Assembly: GCA_964601175.1 (NCBI GenBank)
Contig: CAZRMJ010000004.1
Coordinates: forward strand, 1 to 63,218
Source of the DNA: Candidatus Woesearchaeota archaeon
GTDB taxonomy: Archaea; Nanobdellota; Nanobdellia; Pacearchaeales; GW2011-AR1
Direction of reading: 5' to 3'
DNA length: 63,218 nt
Each line of letters begins with the position of its first letter. Within the stretch, counting starts at the first letter, position 1. A model generated the notes under the pieces. The model was not told where the DNA came from. It ran no database searches and saw only the letters and a list, made by a program, of their open reading frames with translations. Shown here piece after piece: positions 1 to 8,836 of this stretch. Both the position numbers and the translations under genes were made by a program.

Positions 1-665
1 TTAATCAATGAAGGCAAAGTAATAGTCTCCACTATACCTTTTATCATTGTACTTATCAGCTCGTTTGCAACTGCGAAAGCTTGTTCCATTGGAAGATTAC
101 CTGCAATATCTACAAGTCTGTTATTGTCTATAACTATAACTGTATCAACTACTTCTCTTAGTTCCTGCAATCCAAATTCTGCTTTATCAATTCTAGCCTT
201 TTCGCACTCGAATGGCATAGTAACTACTGCAATAACTACTGCACCAGCTTCCTTTGCCAGTTGACCAACAACAGGAGCAGCTCCAGTACCTGTTCCTCCA
301 CCCATACCAGCACATATGAAAACCATATCTGCAGCACTAACGGATTTCTTCAATTCTGAAACAGATTCTTTTGCAGCTTCTCTACCCTTTTGAGGCCAAC
401 CACCACAACCAAGACCTCTAGTAAGTTCCTTTCCAATAAGGATCTTCTCATCAGCTTTAGTTATGCTAAGGTGCAATGCGTCTGTGTTAATGCCATATAT
501 TGTTGCTCCATTAATTCCCTTGTTAAATAACCAAGTAATAGTGTTACAACCTGCACCACCACAACCGAAAGCCTTTATGTTAGCCTTTCCAGCGCGAAGT
601 TCATCAAAATTTATGCTATGAGTTGAAGCATTCTGAATTGCTTCTTTTGCAAAATCAAGAACCAT
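1..665 (-). CDS. ftsZ: Cell division GTPase FtsZ, N-terminal ~221 aa (gene runs off the window start)
   Basis: Not in ORF track because it is open at the edge. Manual translation from ATG at 665: MVLDFAKEAIQN..NIKAFGCGGAGCNTI..FICAGMGGGTGTGAAPVVGQLAKE, which carries the tubulin/FtsZ GGGTGTG signature. Confidence 0.85.
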   Translation of the reverse strand, partial: MVLDFAKEAIQNASTHSINFDELRAGKANIKAFGCGGAGCNTITWLFNKGINGATIYGINTDALHLSITKADEKILIGKELTRGLGCGGWPQKGREAAKESVSELKKSVSAADMVFICAGMGGGTGTGAAPVVGQLAKEAGAVVIAVVTMPFECEKARIDKAEFGLQELREVVDTVIVIDNNRLVDIAGNLPMEQAFAVANELISTMIKGIVETITLPSLI

Positions 666-752
666 TTCGCTTCTTTTTTCATACCTCCTTTCAAATTATC
701 GATTTGAAATGTGAAATCTCTTTAAATAATTGTGTATGCCAAAAGATACAAT

Positions 753-1739
753 TTAGCTACAAAAAGTCTTAGCAACCAATAAAGGAAAAACTAGAGTCGC
801 ATCAGCAAAAACCTTGATACTAGAAGAGTTAGGTAATATTTTTCCCCAGGAAACCGCCTCTGAAGGCATAGCACCAGCATCACTCCCATCAAATTCCTGA
901 CTTGTATTTATGTAAACAGTATAATCTAAACCATTACGAAGCATATTTGCATTAAGTATGGCATGTTTAACAACTCCTGCTCCTAAAATAATTGCTCCAG
1001 ATTTTTTTAAGCCAATAGTAGTGTTGTTAAACTCTACAATGTCACTAATCAAATCCATCTCAAAGTCAGGCCTCTTAAATTTGAAAAAATAAACGTTGTC
1101 TCCGAGAGCTCCATCGAAAAGAGCAGGGCAATAAACTTTTATTTTGTTTTTCCAAGCCCAATAATAAATACTATTTTTATCATTGATTTTTTCTCCAAGC
1201 TTCCAAATAAGATCATTACCTGTAATTTTCTTACCATTATCTTTACTCTCAGAATAAAGTTCTTCAAGCACTTGTTGCACAAATTTCTCAAAAGCAACAT
1301 ATCTTGAATTAGGAACCAAAATATTTCCGATTCTATTAATCCCTTTATCGCGAAGATGAGCACCATCAAGATTAAAATCTCCGATTTTGAAATCCCCAAG
1401 ACATTTTATTATATCCTCTTCAATACCTCCGCAAGTTGTAACTAAAACATTTACCTTTTTATTTTCAACAAGAAAACGAATAATATCTCTCAATCCAGAA
1501 GAAATCATATTAGAAGTATATCCTAAAAAAATAAATGCTTTGTTAGAAGTCATTTCATTAACAATATCAACAGCCTTAGAAAAATGAGTAGCTTGAAATC
1601 CAGTTGAAGAAAAACTATCTATTAATTTTTTATAATCAAGCCCATTGTCAAAATTATAACCTTTTACAGATAATCCATTAGGTTCAGAGCTATCTCTAAG
1701 TAAATTCTCGCGAGCAATCTTCTCATTATTTGTAACCAT
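753..1739 (-). CDS. dys: Deoxyhypusine synthase
   Basis: 328 aa; GYTSNMISSGLRDIIRFLVENKKVNVLVTTCGGIEEDIIKC and SEAVSWGK are typical of DHS. Confidence 0.9.
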   Translation of the reverse strand: MVTNNEKIARENLLRDSSEPNGLSVKGYNFDNGLDYKKLIDSFSSTGFQATHFSKAVDIVNEMTSNKAFIFLGYTSNMISSGLRDIIRFLVENKKVNVLVTTCGGIEEDIIKCLGDFKIGDFNLDGAHLRDKGINRIGNILVPNSRYVAFEKFVQQVLEELYSESKDNGKKITGNDLIWKLGEKINDKNSIYYWAWKNKIKVYCPALFDGALGDNVYFFKFKRPDFEMDLISDIVEFNNTTIGLKKSGAIILGAGVVKHAILNANMLRNGLDYTVYINTSQEFDGSDAGAMPSEAVSWGKILPNSSSIKVFADATLVFPLLVAKTFCS

Positions 1740-1777
1740 GTATAAAAGTCAAAGGGTGCCTTTTTAAGCGTATCTAG

Positions 1778-2443
1778 TCAAATTTTATCAAGAATCTTGG
1801 CATTAATTCCCCTTTGATTGCAAAGTTCTAAAAATTTCTTAGCATCTTCAACAGTTCCATAAACTCCAGAGCCGTATCCATGAGGTATTACCAAAGTAGG
1901 ATTAAGAAATGAGGCAGCATCAGCAGCAGTCAAATAGTCCATGACCACATTACCTGAAATAGGCAAAACAACAACAAAGTTATTTTCTTTTTTTCCATAT
2001 CCGCTAACATTCTTAAGTTCAGGAGTTAGATCTGTATCTCCAGAAAAATAAAAAATATTATTCCCTGATTTAATTAAATACCCAAGCCATTCTTCTCCTT
2101 GAGGATGATGTTTGTTAAAAGTATATGCTGGAATGCATTGCATTTTAAAATCTCTAAACTCTAGAACATCATCTTTTTCAACTATATGTATTTCGACGTT
2201 TTTTACCTTCATTAAAGTACTCTGACAATCAACCGGACAAAAAACAAGAGTACCTTTTTTTACAATTTTATTTATATCCCTTATACTACAATGATCATTG
2301 TGGCTGTGAGTAATAAGAACTATATCTGCTTTAGGAACGTTATCTGAAACCCTATAGGGATCTATAATTATATTTTTACGATTCAGATTCAATAAAAATC
2401 CTGAATGTCCCAAAAATTTAATCTCACCATCTCCTATATCCAT
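1778..2443 (-). CDS. MBL-fold metal-dependent hydrolase (UPF0173-like)
   Basis: 221 aa; FLGHSGFLL..IIIDPY and the HSHNDH metallo-beta-lactamase motif. Confidence 0.7.
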   Translation of the reverse strand: MDIGDGEIKFLGHSGFLLNLNRKNIIIDPYRVSDNVPKADIVLITHSHNDHCSIRDINKIVKKGTLVFCPVDCQSTLMKVKNVEIHIVEKDDVLEFRDFKMQCIPAYTFNKHHPQGEEWLGYLIKSGNNIFYFSGDTDLTPELKNVSGYGKKENNFVVVLPISGNVVMDYLTAADAASFLNPTLVIPHGYGSGVYGTVEDAKKFLELCNQRGINAKILDKI

Positions 2444-2467
2444 AAATTACAATTATCTAAAAACTTT

Positions 2468-3784
2468 TTAAATTAAATGATTGCTAACAGCACTTTCAAC
2501 TTCTTTTGCAATAGATATCATTTTGGATTCATTACCTTTAGCACATACAATTTGAAGACCCACAGGTTTTCCATCTATTTTTCCTATCGGTACTGAAATA
2601 GCACATATTTCTGCAAGACTTCCAGGAATTGTCAAAACATCAACTGCATACAATTCTTCCATGGAGATTTTAGTGCCAAATTTCCAAGGTAAAAACGGTA
2701 CTGTTGGCATAAATATGCAATCTACTTCTTTAAGAACTCTTTCAAACTCAGATTTTATCATCTCCTTAACTGCTAAAGCTTTATGATAATATTGACCCTT
2801 GAATTCTGCTTTTGAAATCTCTTCTCCTCCGTAAATTCTTCTTAAAACTTCAGATCCTGCAGAATCTTCTATCTTCTCTCCAAAACGTCTTCCATCCATC
2901 CTCCTAGTTGCTGAAAACAATTCTGTCCAAACTAAAGGATGGTATGTCTGTATTCCCAAATCAATATATTTTAAAGAAACACTTTTATTTACCCATTTAG
3001 AATCCTTAGAAACCTTTTCAACAACTGAAGACATCAAATCAAAAATCCTTGAATCTACTAAAGGGATACTTACAATTCCAAACTTAATTTTTCCAGGTTT
3101 GGTGAAATTAATAGGTTTAGATTTAAAGGTGGTAGTATCCATTTCATCGTACCCTTTGATAACCTCTAACAATAATGCAGCTTCATATATATTTTTAGCA
3201 ATTGGACCAATTTGATCAATAGACATAGATAAGTCAATTAATCCATATCTGGAAACACAGCCATAACTTGGCTTAATTCCAACAACTCCACAAAATGAAG
3301 AGGGTACTCTTATAGATCCCCCTGTATCACTACCTAATGCCATATCACAAAATCCAGCAGCTACCGCGGCAACACTTCCAGAAGAAGATCCTCCAGGAAC
3401 GTAATCTGGTAAAATAGGATTATGAACTTTTCCAAACGCACTAGTCTCGCCAGTCCAACCACAAGCAAACTCATCACAATTAGTCATCCCTAAAATAATT
3501 CCATCTTCAGCTTTTATTCTGGATATAACTGTAGCATCATATGGAGACTCATAATCTTCAAGAGTTTTTGAAGAACAAGAAGCATGAAGTCCAGAAACAC
3601 AGATATTGCTTTTTACAGCTATAATTTTTCCATAAAGCTTACCTTTATTTTTTTTAGAGTCAATAGATCTAGCTTCATTTATAAGATCCTTTTCATTTCT
3701 AACTTCGATAAAAGCATTAATCAATTTATTATAATCTTTTATCTTCGATAGGCAATCTTTAACTCTTTCTTCAACCAAACCCAT
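2468..3784 (-). CDS. gatA: Asp/Glu-tRNA amidotransferase subunit A (amidase signature family)
   Basis: 438 aa; amidase signature GGSSSGSVAAVAAG..GSDTGGSIRVPSSFCG. Confidence 0.85.
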   Translation of the reverse strand: MGLVEERVKDCLSKIKDYNKLINAFIEVRNEKDLINEARSIDSKKNKGKLYGKIIAVKSNICVSGLHASCSSKTLEDYESPYDATVISRIKAEDGIILGMTNCDEFACGWTGETSAFGKVHNPILPDYVPGGSSSGSVAAVAAGFCDMALGSDTGGSIRVPSSFCGVVGIKPSYGCVSRYGLIDLSMSIDQIGPIAKNIYEAALLLEVIKGYDEMDTTTFKSKPINFTKPGKIKFGIVSIPLVDSRIFDLMSSVVEKVSKDSKWVNKSVSLKYIDLGIQTYHPLVWTELFSATRRMDGRRFGEKIEDSAGSEVLRRIYGGEEISKAEFKGQYYHKALAVKEMIKSEFERVLKEVDCIFMPTVPFLPWKFGTKISMEELYAVDVLTIPGSLAEICAISVPIGKIDGKPVGLQIVCAKGNESKMISIAKEVESAVSNHLI

Positions 3785-3834
3785 GTAATTTAATTAAAAG
3801 TAACCATTAAATATGTTACTAAACCAAAAAACCA

Positions 3835-4392
3835 ATGGTTGAATTAAAAAGATGCCCTTGGGTAAACGATAATCCTCTAATGGTAGAATACCATGACAAA
3901 GAATGGGGAAATCCATTAAAAGACGACCTCAAGCTATTTGAATATCTTATTTTAGATGCATTCCAAGCAGGTTTAAGTTGGAATACTATAATTAACAAAA
4001 GAGACAATTTCAAAAAAGCATTTGACAATTTTGATCCAGAAAAAATATCTAAATACACTGAACAAGATGTAAAAAGATTAATGAATGATTCTGGAATAAT
4101 AAGAAATAAATTAAAAATCGAATCAACAATAATCAATGCAAAAAAATTCTTAGAACTAAAAAAATCTCAAACATTCTCTGATTATTTATGGTCTTTTGTA
4201 AACAATAAAACGATAGATAATAAAATCAAAACAATCAAAGATTACCAATCTAAAAGTCAAGAGTCCGATGCAATGTCAAAATCTCTAAAAGAAAAAGGAT
4301 TCAAATTCGTAGGCACGACAATATGCTATGCATTTATGCAAGCCTCAGGTCTAGTGAATGATCATAGCGAAGATTGTTTCAGAAGGAATTAA
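3835..4392 (+). CDS. tag: DNA-3-methyladenine glycosylase I
   Basis: 185 aa; CPWVNDNPLMVEYHDKEWGNP..LILDAFQAGLSW is the Tag family pattern. Confidence 0.85.
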   Translation: MVELKRCPWVNDNPLMVEYHDKEWGNPLKDDLKLFEYLILDAFQAGLSWNTIINKRDNFKKAFDNFDPEKISKYTEQDVKRLMNDSGIIRNKLKIESTIINAKKFLELKKSQTFSDYLWSFVNNKTIDNKIKTIKDYQSKSQESDAMSKSLKEKGFKFVGTTICYAFMQASGLVNDHSEDCFRRN

Positions 4393-4683
4393 TTACCATT
4401 CAATTTTGTCTATCTCAACTTCATCATAGACAATTTCTTTAAGTTCATAAAACTTCAAAGTATCTGGAACTTGATCATCGAAATACCTTATTTGATAATC
4501 CTTATCAGTTTTAGAATCAAAAAGCTCGATCAACATTTCTTTAGTAGTTTTATAGTCCTCAAAAACATAATGGGCATCTACCTCAAGTTTCTTACCATTT
4601 ACAGTTATAAAGTCCCCTTTCTTAACGTCTGAAAGCTTCTTAGATTGCTTAACCACATTCATGTTACAGAAGAGAATAATCAA
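4393..4683 (-). CDS. Hypothetical small protein (start may be the internal Met at 4662)
   Basis: 96-aa ORF filling the gap on the dominant coding strand; no recognisable motif. Confidence 0.35.
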   Translation of the reverse strand: MIILFCNMNVVKQSKKLSDVKKGDFITVNGKKLEVDAHYVFEDYKTTKEMLIELFDSKTDKDYQIRYFDDQVPDTLKFYELKEIVYDEVEIDKIEW

Positions 4684-4700
4684 TTTTTAAAGGTTCTCTT

Positions 4701-4747
4701 TATAGTCAAGGACTCTCAAAATTGAACAAGTTTTGTCTTTGACTATA
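4701..4747. other. Long intergenic hairpin (13-bp stem, 21-nt loop)
   Basis: TATAGTCAAGGAC (4701-4713) pairs with GTCTTTGACTATA (4735-4747) with one G.T. The loop contains, on the minus strand, ACTTGTTCA, the same 9-mer as the apex of the tRNA-associated H2 hairpins. Confidence 0.4.
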
Positions 4748-4755
4748 GTACAATC

Positions 4756-5514
4756 TTAATCTAAAATATGAGGCTTACACATCTCATAACCCTCATCAAT
4801 GGGGCTATAACCAACTAGATTTTTAGTTTCATTCAAATCCATATATTCATTTTTGCTCTTAGAAGAACCAGCAAGAATTGCAAATTTCAGGTCTTTTGAA
4901 GCAAATATACTTTTATAGATTAATTGAGCAAAATCCCTCTGAGAAATAATATAATCAAAATTACTTCTAGTAGGGCAAGCAATCTTTAACATAGAATCAG
5001 AAATATATGCACCTATTCTAATAGCAAAACAACTCAAACCATAAGTTGCAGAATAAACATGACACATAGATTCAACAAAAACTTTAGTAGCCCCATAATA
5101 ATTCAGAGGTTTACCTGCATCAGCAGATTTAACATTTTTCCCTATAGAATATCCTCTAATAGCATGAACGCTACTAGCCATTATTACTCTTTTAATTCCA
5201 ACGCGTTTAGCAGCTTCTAGAACATTATAGGTCCCAATAATGTTAGGCTCAATAAAATTCATAAAATTTTGGTCTTTCTCATCAGAATTTCCCGCCAAAT
5301 TAATTACTACATCAAAACCAGAGAATACTTCCATCAAATTATTTAAATCAGACAAATTAACTTTAACAGTCCTATATCCTGAAAGAGGAGTCTTATTTAT
5401 TCCAACAGTTAAGTCATATTTATCTCTATAATTTTTATCATATTCCTCTAAAAAACTAGGCCCAATAGAATTCAACCTTTTCCCAGTCAATCCAATAATT
5501 AAAACTTTCATCAT
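4756..5514 (-). CDS. NAD-dependent epimerase/dehydratase family protein (short-chain, Rossmann)
   Basis: 252 aa; N-terminal VLIIGLTGKRL glycine-rich loop and YGATK (YxxxK) catalytic motif. Confidence 0.7.
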   Translation of the reverse strand: MMKVLIIGLTGKRLNSIGPSFLEEYDKNYRDKYDLTVGINKTPLSGYRTVKVNLSDLNNLMEVFSGFDVVINLAGNSDEKDQNFMNFIEPNIIGTYNVLEAAKRVGIKRVIMASSVHAIRGYSIGKNVKSADAGKPLNYYGATKVFVESMCHVYSATYGLSCFAIRIGAYISDSMLKIACPTRSNFDYIISQRDFAQLIYKSIFASKDLKFAILAGSSKSKNEYMDLNETKNLVGYSPIDEGYEMCKPHILD

Positions 5515-5535
5515 AAAAATTTAAGATTAGAATTA

Positions 5536-6138
5536 TTAAATCTTACCAACCAAATTAATTCCAGGTTTCAAAGTTTTATTTCCTGCTTCCCATTCGACAG
5601 GACAAACTTCTCCACCATGTTCTCTAACATACTTAGCAGCTTGAAGTTTACGCAAAACTTCTTTTACACTACGACCTATTGAGTTATCATGAATATCTGC
5701 ACTCCTAACAATTCCATCAGGATCTATAATGAATGTAGCTCTTAAAGCACGGCCCTCATCTACTCCACTATCTATGTAAACCCCATACATTTTAGAAATT
5801 TTTCCAGAGTTATCAGCGACCATCGGATAACTTATTTTTTTTATTGAAGGAGATTGATCCCACCAAGCCTTATGGACATGTTCGCTATCTGTACTTATGC
5901 TTAATACTTCAGCATTAGCAGCCTTAAAATCTTTATACATATCAGCAAATCTACTAAGTTCAGTAGGACAAACAAAAGTAAAATCTCCTGGATAAAAAGC
6001 AACAACAACCCATTTACCCTTCAAACTACTAAGTCTAAGTTGTTTAAACTTACCTTGATGAAAAGAATGAGAGATAAAATCAGGAGCTTTTCTTCCCACA
6101 AGTGTCCCAAAACCAGAATTTATTAAATTTTGTTGCAT
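5536..6138 (-). CDS. Peroxiredoxin (2-Cys Prx/AhpC type)
   Basis: 200 aa; FYPGDFTFVCPTEL active-site motif and C-terminal GEVCPVEW resolving Cys. Confidence 0.9.
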   Translation of the reverse strand: MQQNLINSGFGTLVGRKAPDFISHSFHQGKFKQLRLSSLKGKWVVVAFYPGDFTFVCPTELSRFADMYKDFKAANAEVLSISTDSEHVHKAWWDQSPSIKKISYPMVADNSGKISKMYGVYIDSGVDEGRALRATFIIDPDGIVRSADIHDNSIGRSVKEVLRKLQAAKYVREHGGEVCPVEWEAGNKTLKPGINLVGKI

Positions 6139-6142
6139 GTTA

Positions 6143-6370
6143 TTAATTCCAAGAACCTTTTTCTAACAAAAGGTACATATCATTCTTATGTTTAGCATTT
6201 TTAAACATTATTGTCTTAAATTTAACATCACAATCATTCCCTTCTCCTTCTTTTCTAAAAGAAGCAACAGAAGTTTTTTTAGAAGATATATTTTCCAAAT
6301 TAAGAGCTTCTAAATCTTTTGCAAATTTATCTAATATTTGCCTTGCTTCAGATTTATGATCTTCTTTCAT
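6143..6370 (-). CDS. gatC: Putative GatC-like amidotransferase subunit C (N-terminally short)
   Basis: 75 aa from ATG 6370; the track's TTG at 6373 is less likely. The ATG overlaps the aspS TGA by 1 nt (TGATG). ILDKFAKDLEALNLENI..FRKEGEG..MFKNAKHKNDMYLLLEKG parallels the GatC pattern (L..l.e.d...v.p...lReDe.....l.NAP...dgyf.VPk). Confidence 0.45.
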   Translation of the reverse strand: MKEDHKSEARQILDKFAKDLEALNLENISSKKTSVASFRKEGEGNDCDVKFKTIMFKNAKHKNDMYLLLEKGSWN

Positions 6371-7701
6371 CAAGGCACCAACCTATCTCTATCTCTAGGA
6401 AACATTGTAGCTTCTCTTACATTATCAAGTTCACAAACAAGCATGGTAAATCTTTCAAGACCTATAGACCATCCAGAGTGAGGAGGAGCACCATACCTGA
6501 ATGAGTTAACATAATCCATAAGACCTTCTGTCTTAAGACCCTTATGTTTAATTCTAGATAAAAGCAATTCAGGATTATGAATACGTTGACCTCCAGAAGT
6601 TATTTCAAGACCCCTATAAATACAATCAAATCCTTCAGAATATTTAGCATTAGAATTTTCTCCCTCCGGCATTATATAAAATGGTTTCAAAGATGAAGGC
6701 CATAAATAAACAAAAACAAGAGTATCTGGGAATAACTCTCCTAGTTTCTTTTCAGCTTCAGGATTAAGATCATCTCCAGATGAAATCTTAATACCATTTT
6801 TTTTAAGTAAAGCAATTGTATCTTCATAAGTAAGATACTTAGCACCAGGGACTTTAAGTTTCAAACCCAATAACTCAATCTCATCTTTATTTTTCTTTAT
6901 TATTTCAGAGATTACATGTTTTACACATTCTTCTTCTAATTTCATTACATCCATTTGATTCATGAAGGAACATTCGATATCCATCTGGCGAATCTCGTTA
7001 ATGTGTCTAATAGTATTGTGTTTTTCAGCTCTCCAAACAGGAGTAATCATAAATGTCTTTTCCATAGAACAAGCAACCATTTCTTTATACAACTGAGGAC
7101 TTTGCGCAAGACAAGCTTCTCTTTCAAAATATTTGACCTTGAATACATCAGCTCCACCTTCAGAAGCAACTCCTATTATACAAGGAGGTTGCATCTCCAA
7201 GAATCCAGAATTTGCAAAAAACTCTCTGAAAGAAACCGAAATAGTGTGTTGTATCTTGAAAATTGCCTGTGTTCTTCTTCTATGAAAATCAACATATCTA
7301 TAATCTAATCTTTTTGGCAATTCAGTTTTAGAAAAATCAGAAACATCTACAGGCAATGGTTGTTCAGCATTATTCAAAACTTCAAAAACTTCAGGAATAA
7401 TTTCTCTTCCTCCAGGAGCTTTTTCACTCTTTTGAACCTTGCCATGGATTAAAACAGAACTCTCTCTAGATATCTTTTGCATCAAATCAAAAACTTTCTT
7501 GTCCGATTTATCCTTATGAGCCGTAACTTGTACATCTCCACTAAAATCTCTCAAAACTAAAAAGCGGACTTTTCCCAAATCTCTTTGATCATATACCCAT
7601 CCAGCAACAGTCACAGGCTTTCCAGCATCCTTAGAATTCAAAGAAGAAATCATCTTTCTATCCTTAAGAAGTTTCCAATATTCCATATTTATGTCAAACA
7701 A
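6370..7701 (-). CDS. aspS: Aspartyl-tRNA synthetase, archaeal type (probably non-discriminating)
   Basis: 443 aa; class II motifs FRAE-like VWRAEKHNT and FRYGAPPHSGWSIGLERF. Confidence 0.9.
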   Translation of the reverse strand: MFDINMEYWKLLKDRKMISSLNSKDAGKPVTVAGWVYDQRDLGKVRFLVLRDFSGDVQVTAHKDKSDKKVFDLMQKISRESSVLIHGKVQKSEKAPGGREIIPEVFEVLNNAEQPLPVDVSDFSKTELPKRLDYRYVDFHRRRTQAIFKIQHTISVSFREFFANSGFLEMQPPCIIGVASEGGADVFKVKYFEREACLAQSPQLYKEMVACSMEKTFMITPVWRAEKHNTIRHINEIRQMDIECSFMNQMDVMKLEEECVKHVISEIIKKNKDEIELLGLKLKVPGAKYLTYEDTIALLKKNGIKISSGDDLNPEAEKKLGELFPDTLVFVYLWPSSLKPFYIMPEGENSNAKYSEGFDCIYRGLEITSGGQRIHNPELLLSRIKHKGLKTEGLMDYVNSFRYGAPPHSGWSIGLERFTMLVCELDNVREATMFPRDRDRLVP

Positions 7702-7731
7702 ATCGCTTTTTTAAGCATTGCGAATCTATTT

Positions 7732-8802
7732 TCAATGTTTCCTATAAAGATTCGCACATGCCTCTAAACCTGCACCATATCCAAACATAAGGATATAATC
7801 TCCTTGAGGAGCTGCATCCAAAAGTTGCCTAACTCTCCTACCTTGAGAAGCAGTAGATGTATTAAAGAAAAAATTCTTAATATCTAGTGGATCAGTCAAC
7901 CCACATTTTTTTAAAAATTTTGGAAATTCCCTATCTATATTTTCAAAACATCTTAGATTAGCCAAATAACCTGCAATACCGAATAAATCATCGAACTTAA
8001 GCCCTTTAGGGTTTAATTTAGAATTAACCTCGAGACCATTAAGAAGATCTTTCCAAATTCCAGTTACATAGGTAAATACTCTCCTGCCATCCATTTTCAA
8101 TACCTTGCCAGAAGTTCTAATGGGAGAAGCATTTCTTTCAAGAGCACTTAAAGCATCATCAAGAGTTACCTTTTCCGAACTAACACATTCAATAAGACCT
8201 CTTTTTGTCCCATCACCCATAGGAAAATGCCCCATAAAACCAAATTCCAAATCTTGAGGATTACGTGTTAATAAATAGGCAGAAGCACCATCTCCAAAAA
8301 GAATACAAGTCTGCCTATCTGAATAGTCTGTAACACCTGAGAGTTTTTCTGCACCTATGACTAAAACAGTTTCAAATTGCCCGGATCTTATTAAAGAATC
8401 TGCATTCATCAAAGCAAAATTTATTCCACCGCAGCCACCATAAAGATCTATTCCAGAAGCACCTTCAAGAATTTTAGAAGGATTAGATCCATGAACCTCT
8501 GCACAAACATAACCTGCTACATTAGGAAATGGTTGGTCATTAGTGTTAGTAGCAAATATAACATGTTCAATCGGAGGAATATCTAAATCTGATCTACTAA
8601 GAGCATCTTGAGTAACCTTAACAGCCATAGAACCTACAGTCTCATCAACACCAGCAACATTGCGTTTATGAATTCCAGTTCTTTGAACAATCCATTGGTC
8701 ACTAGTCTCTTGCCCACTAAGAGCTAATATCTTCTCCAAATCTGAGTTGGTCAAAACTCTTGGAGGAGAATAAAGCCCAACAGACTGAATTATAGAACCC
8801 AT
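7732..8802 (-). CDS. 3-oxoacyl-ACP synthase III (FabH)/thiolase-fold condensing enzyme
   Basis: 356 aa; LYGGCGGINFAL active-site Cys context, FGDGASA, C-terminal GYGAGL. Confidence 0.65.
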   Translation of the reverse strand: MGSIIQSVGLYSPPRVLTNSDLEKILALSGQETSDQWIVQRTGIHKRNVAGVDETVGSMAVKVTQDALSRSDLDIPPIEHVIFATNTNDQPFPNVAGYVCAEVHGSNPSKILEGASGIDLYGGCGGINFALMNADSLIRSGQFETVLVIGAEKLSGVTDYSDRQTCILFGDGASAYLLTRNPQDLEFGFMGHFPMGDGTKRGLIECVSSEKVTLDDALSALERNASPIRTSGKVLKMDGRRVFTYVTGIWKDLLNGLEVNSKLNPKGLKFDDLFGIAGYLANLRCFENIDREFPKFLKKCGLTDPLDIKNFFFNTSTASQGRRVRQLLDAAPQGDYILMFGYGAGLEACANLYRKH

Positions 8803-8836
8803 ATAAAAATTATAAAATGTCTATTTAAAAACAATA

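Noticed and set aside
666-752. GGAGGT-ATG at 682, upstream of ftsZ, as the ftsZ start or as a leader peptide
   Set aside because: The ATG at 682 is out of frame with FtsZ and gives only a 23-aa product ending at a TAA. The SD abuts the ATG with no spacer. FtsZ motifs are in the frame of ATG 665.
1139-1587. Antisense or alternative-frame ORFs inside strong genes: 1139-1399, 1387-1587, 3819-4136, 5240-5431, 6955-7308, 7585-7767, 10186-10476, 11352-11669, 11634-11831, 14098-14304, 17037-17300, 25347-25541, 29517-29732, 30940-31433, 33123-33317, 36317-36514, 36642-36872, 37919-38119, 41388-42739, 43151-43375, 43909-44106, 44244-44501, 44730-45134, 44866-45090, 45520-45708, 46666-46848, 47762-48067, 50250-50435, 52408-52743, 52919-53131, 53448-53711, 53955-57264, 59925-60161, 61943-62230, 62333-62626
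   Set aside because: Each lies within, or opposite, a longer ORF with clear family motifs. Their translations are low-complexity (I/L/F/S/K-rich), typical of shadow frames in AT-rich DNA, and none has its own SD or promoter that I could see.
6371-6373. TTG start (6373) for the GatC-like ORF as given in the track
   Set aside because: The ATG one codon downstream (6370) overlaps the aspS stop in a TGATG arrangement, a more conventional coupled start.
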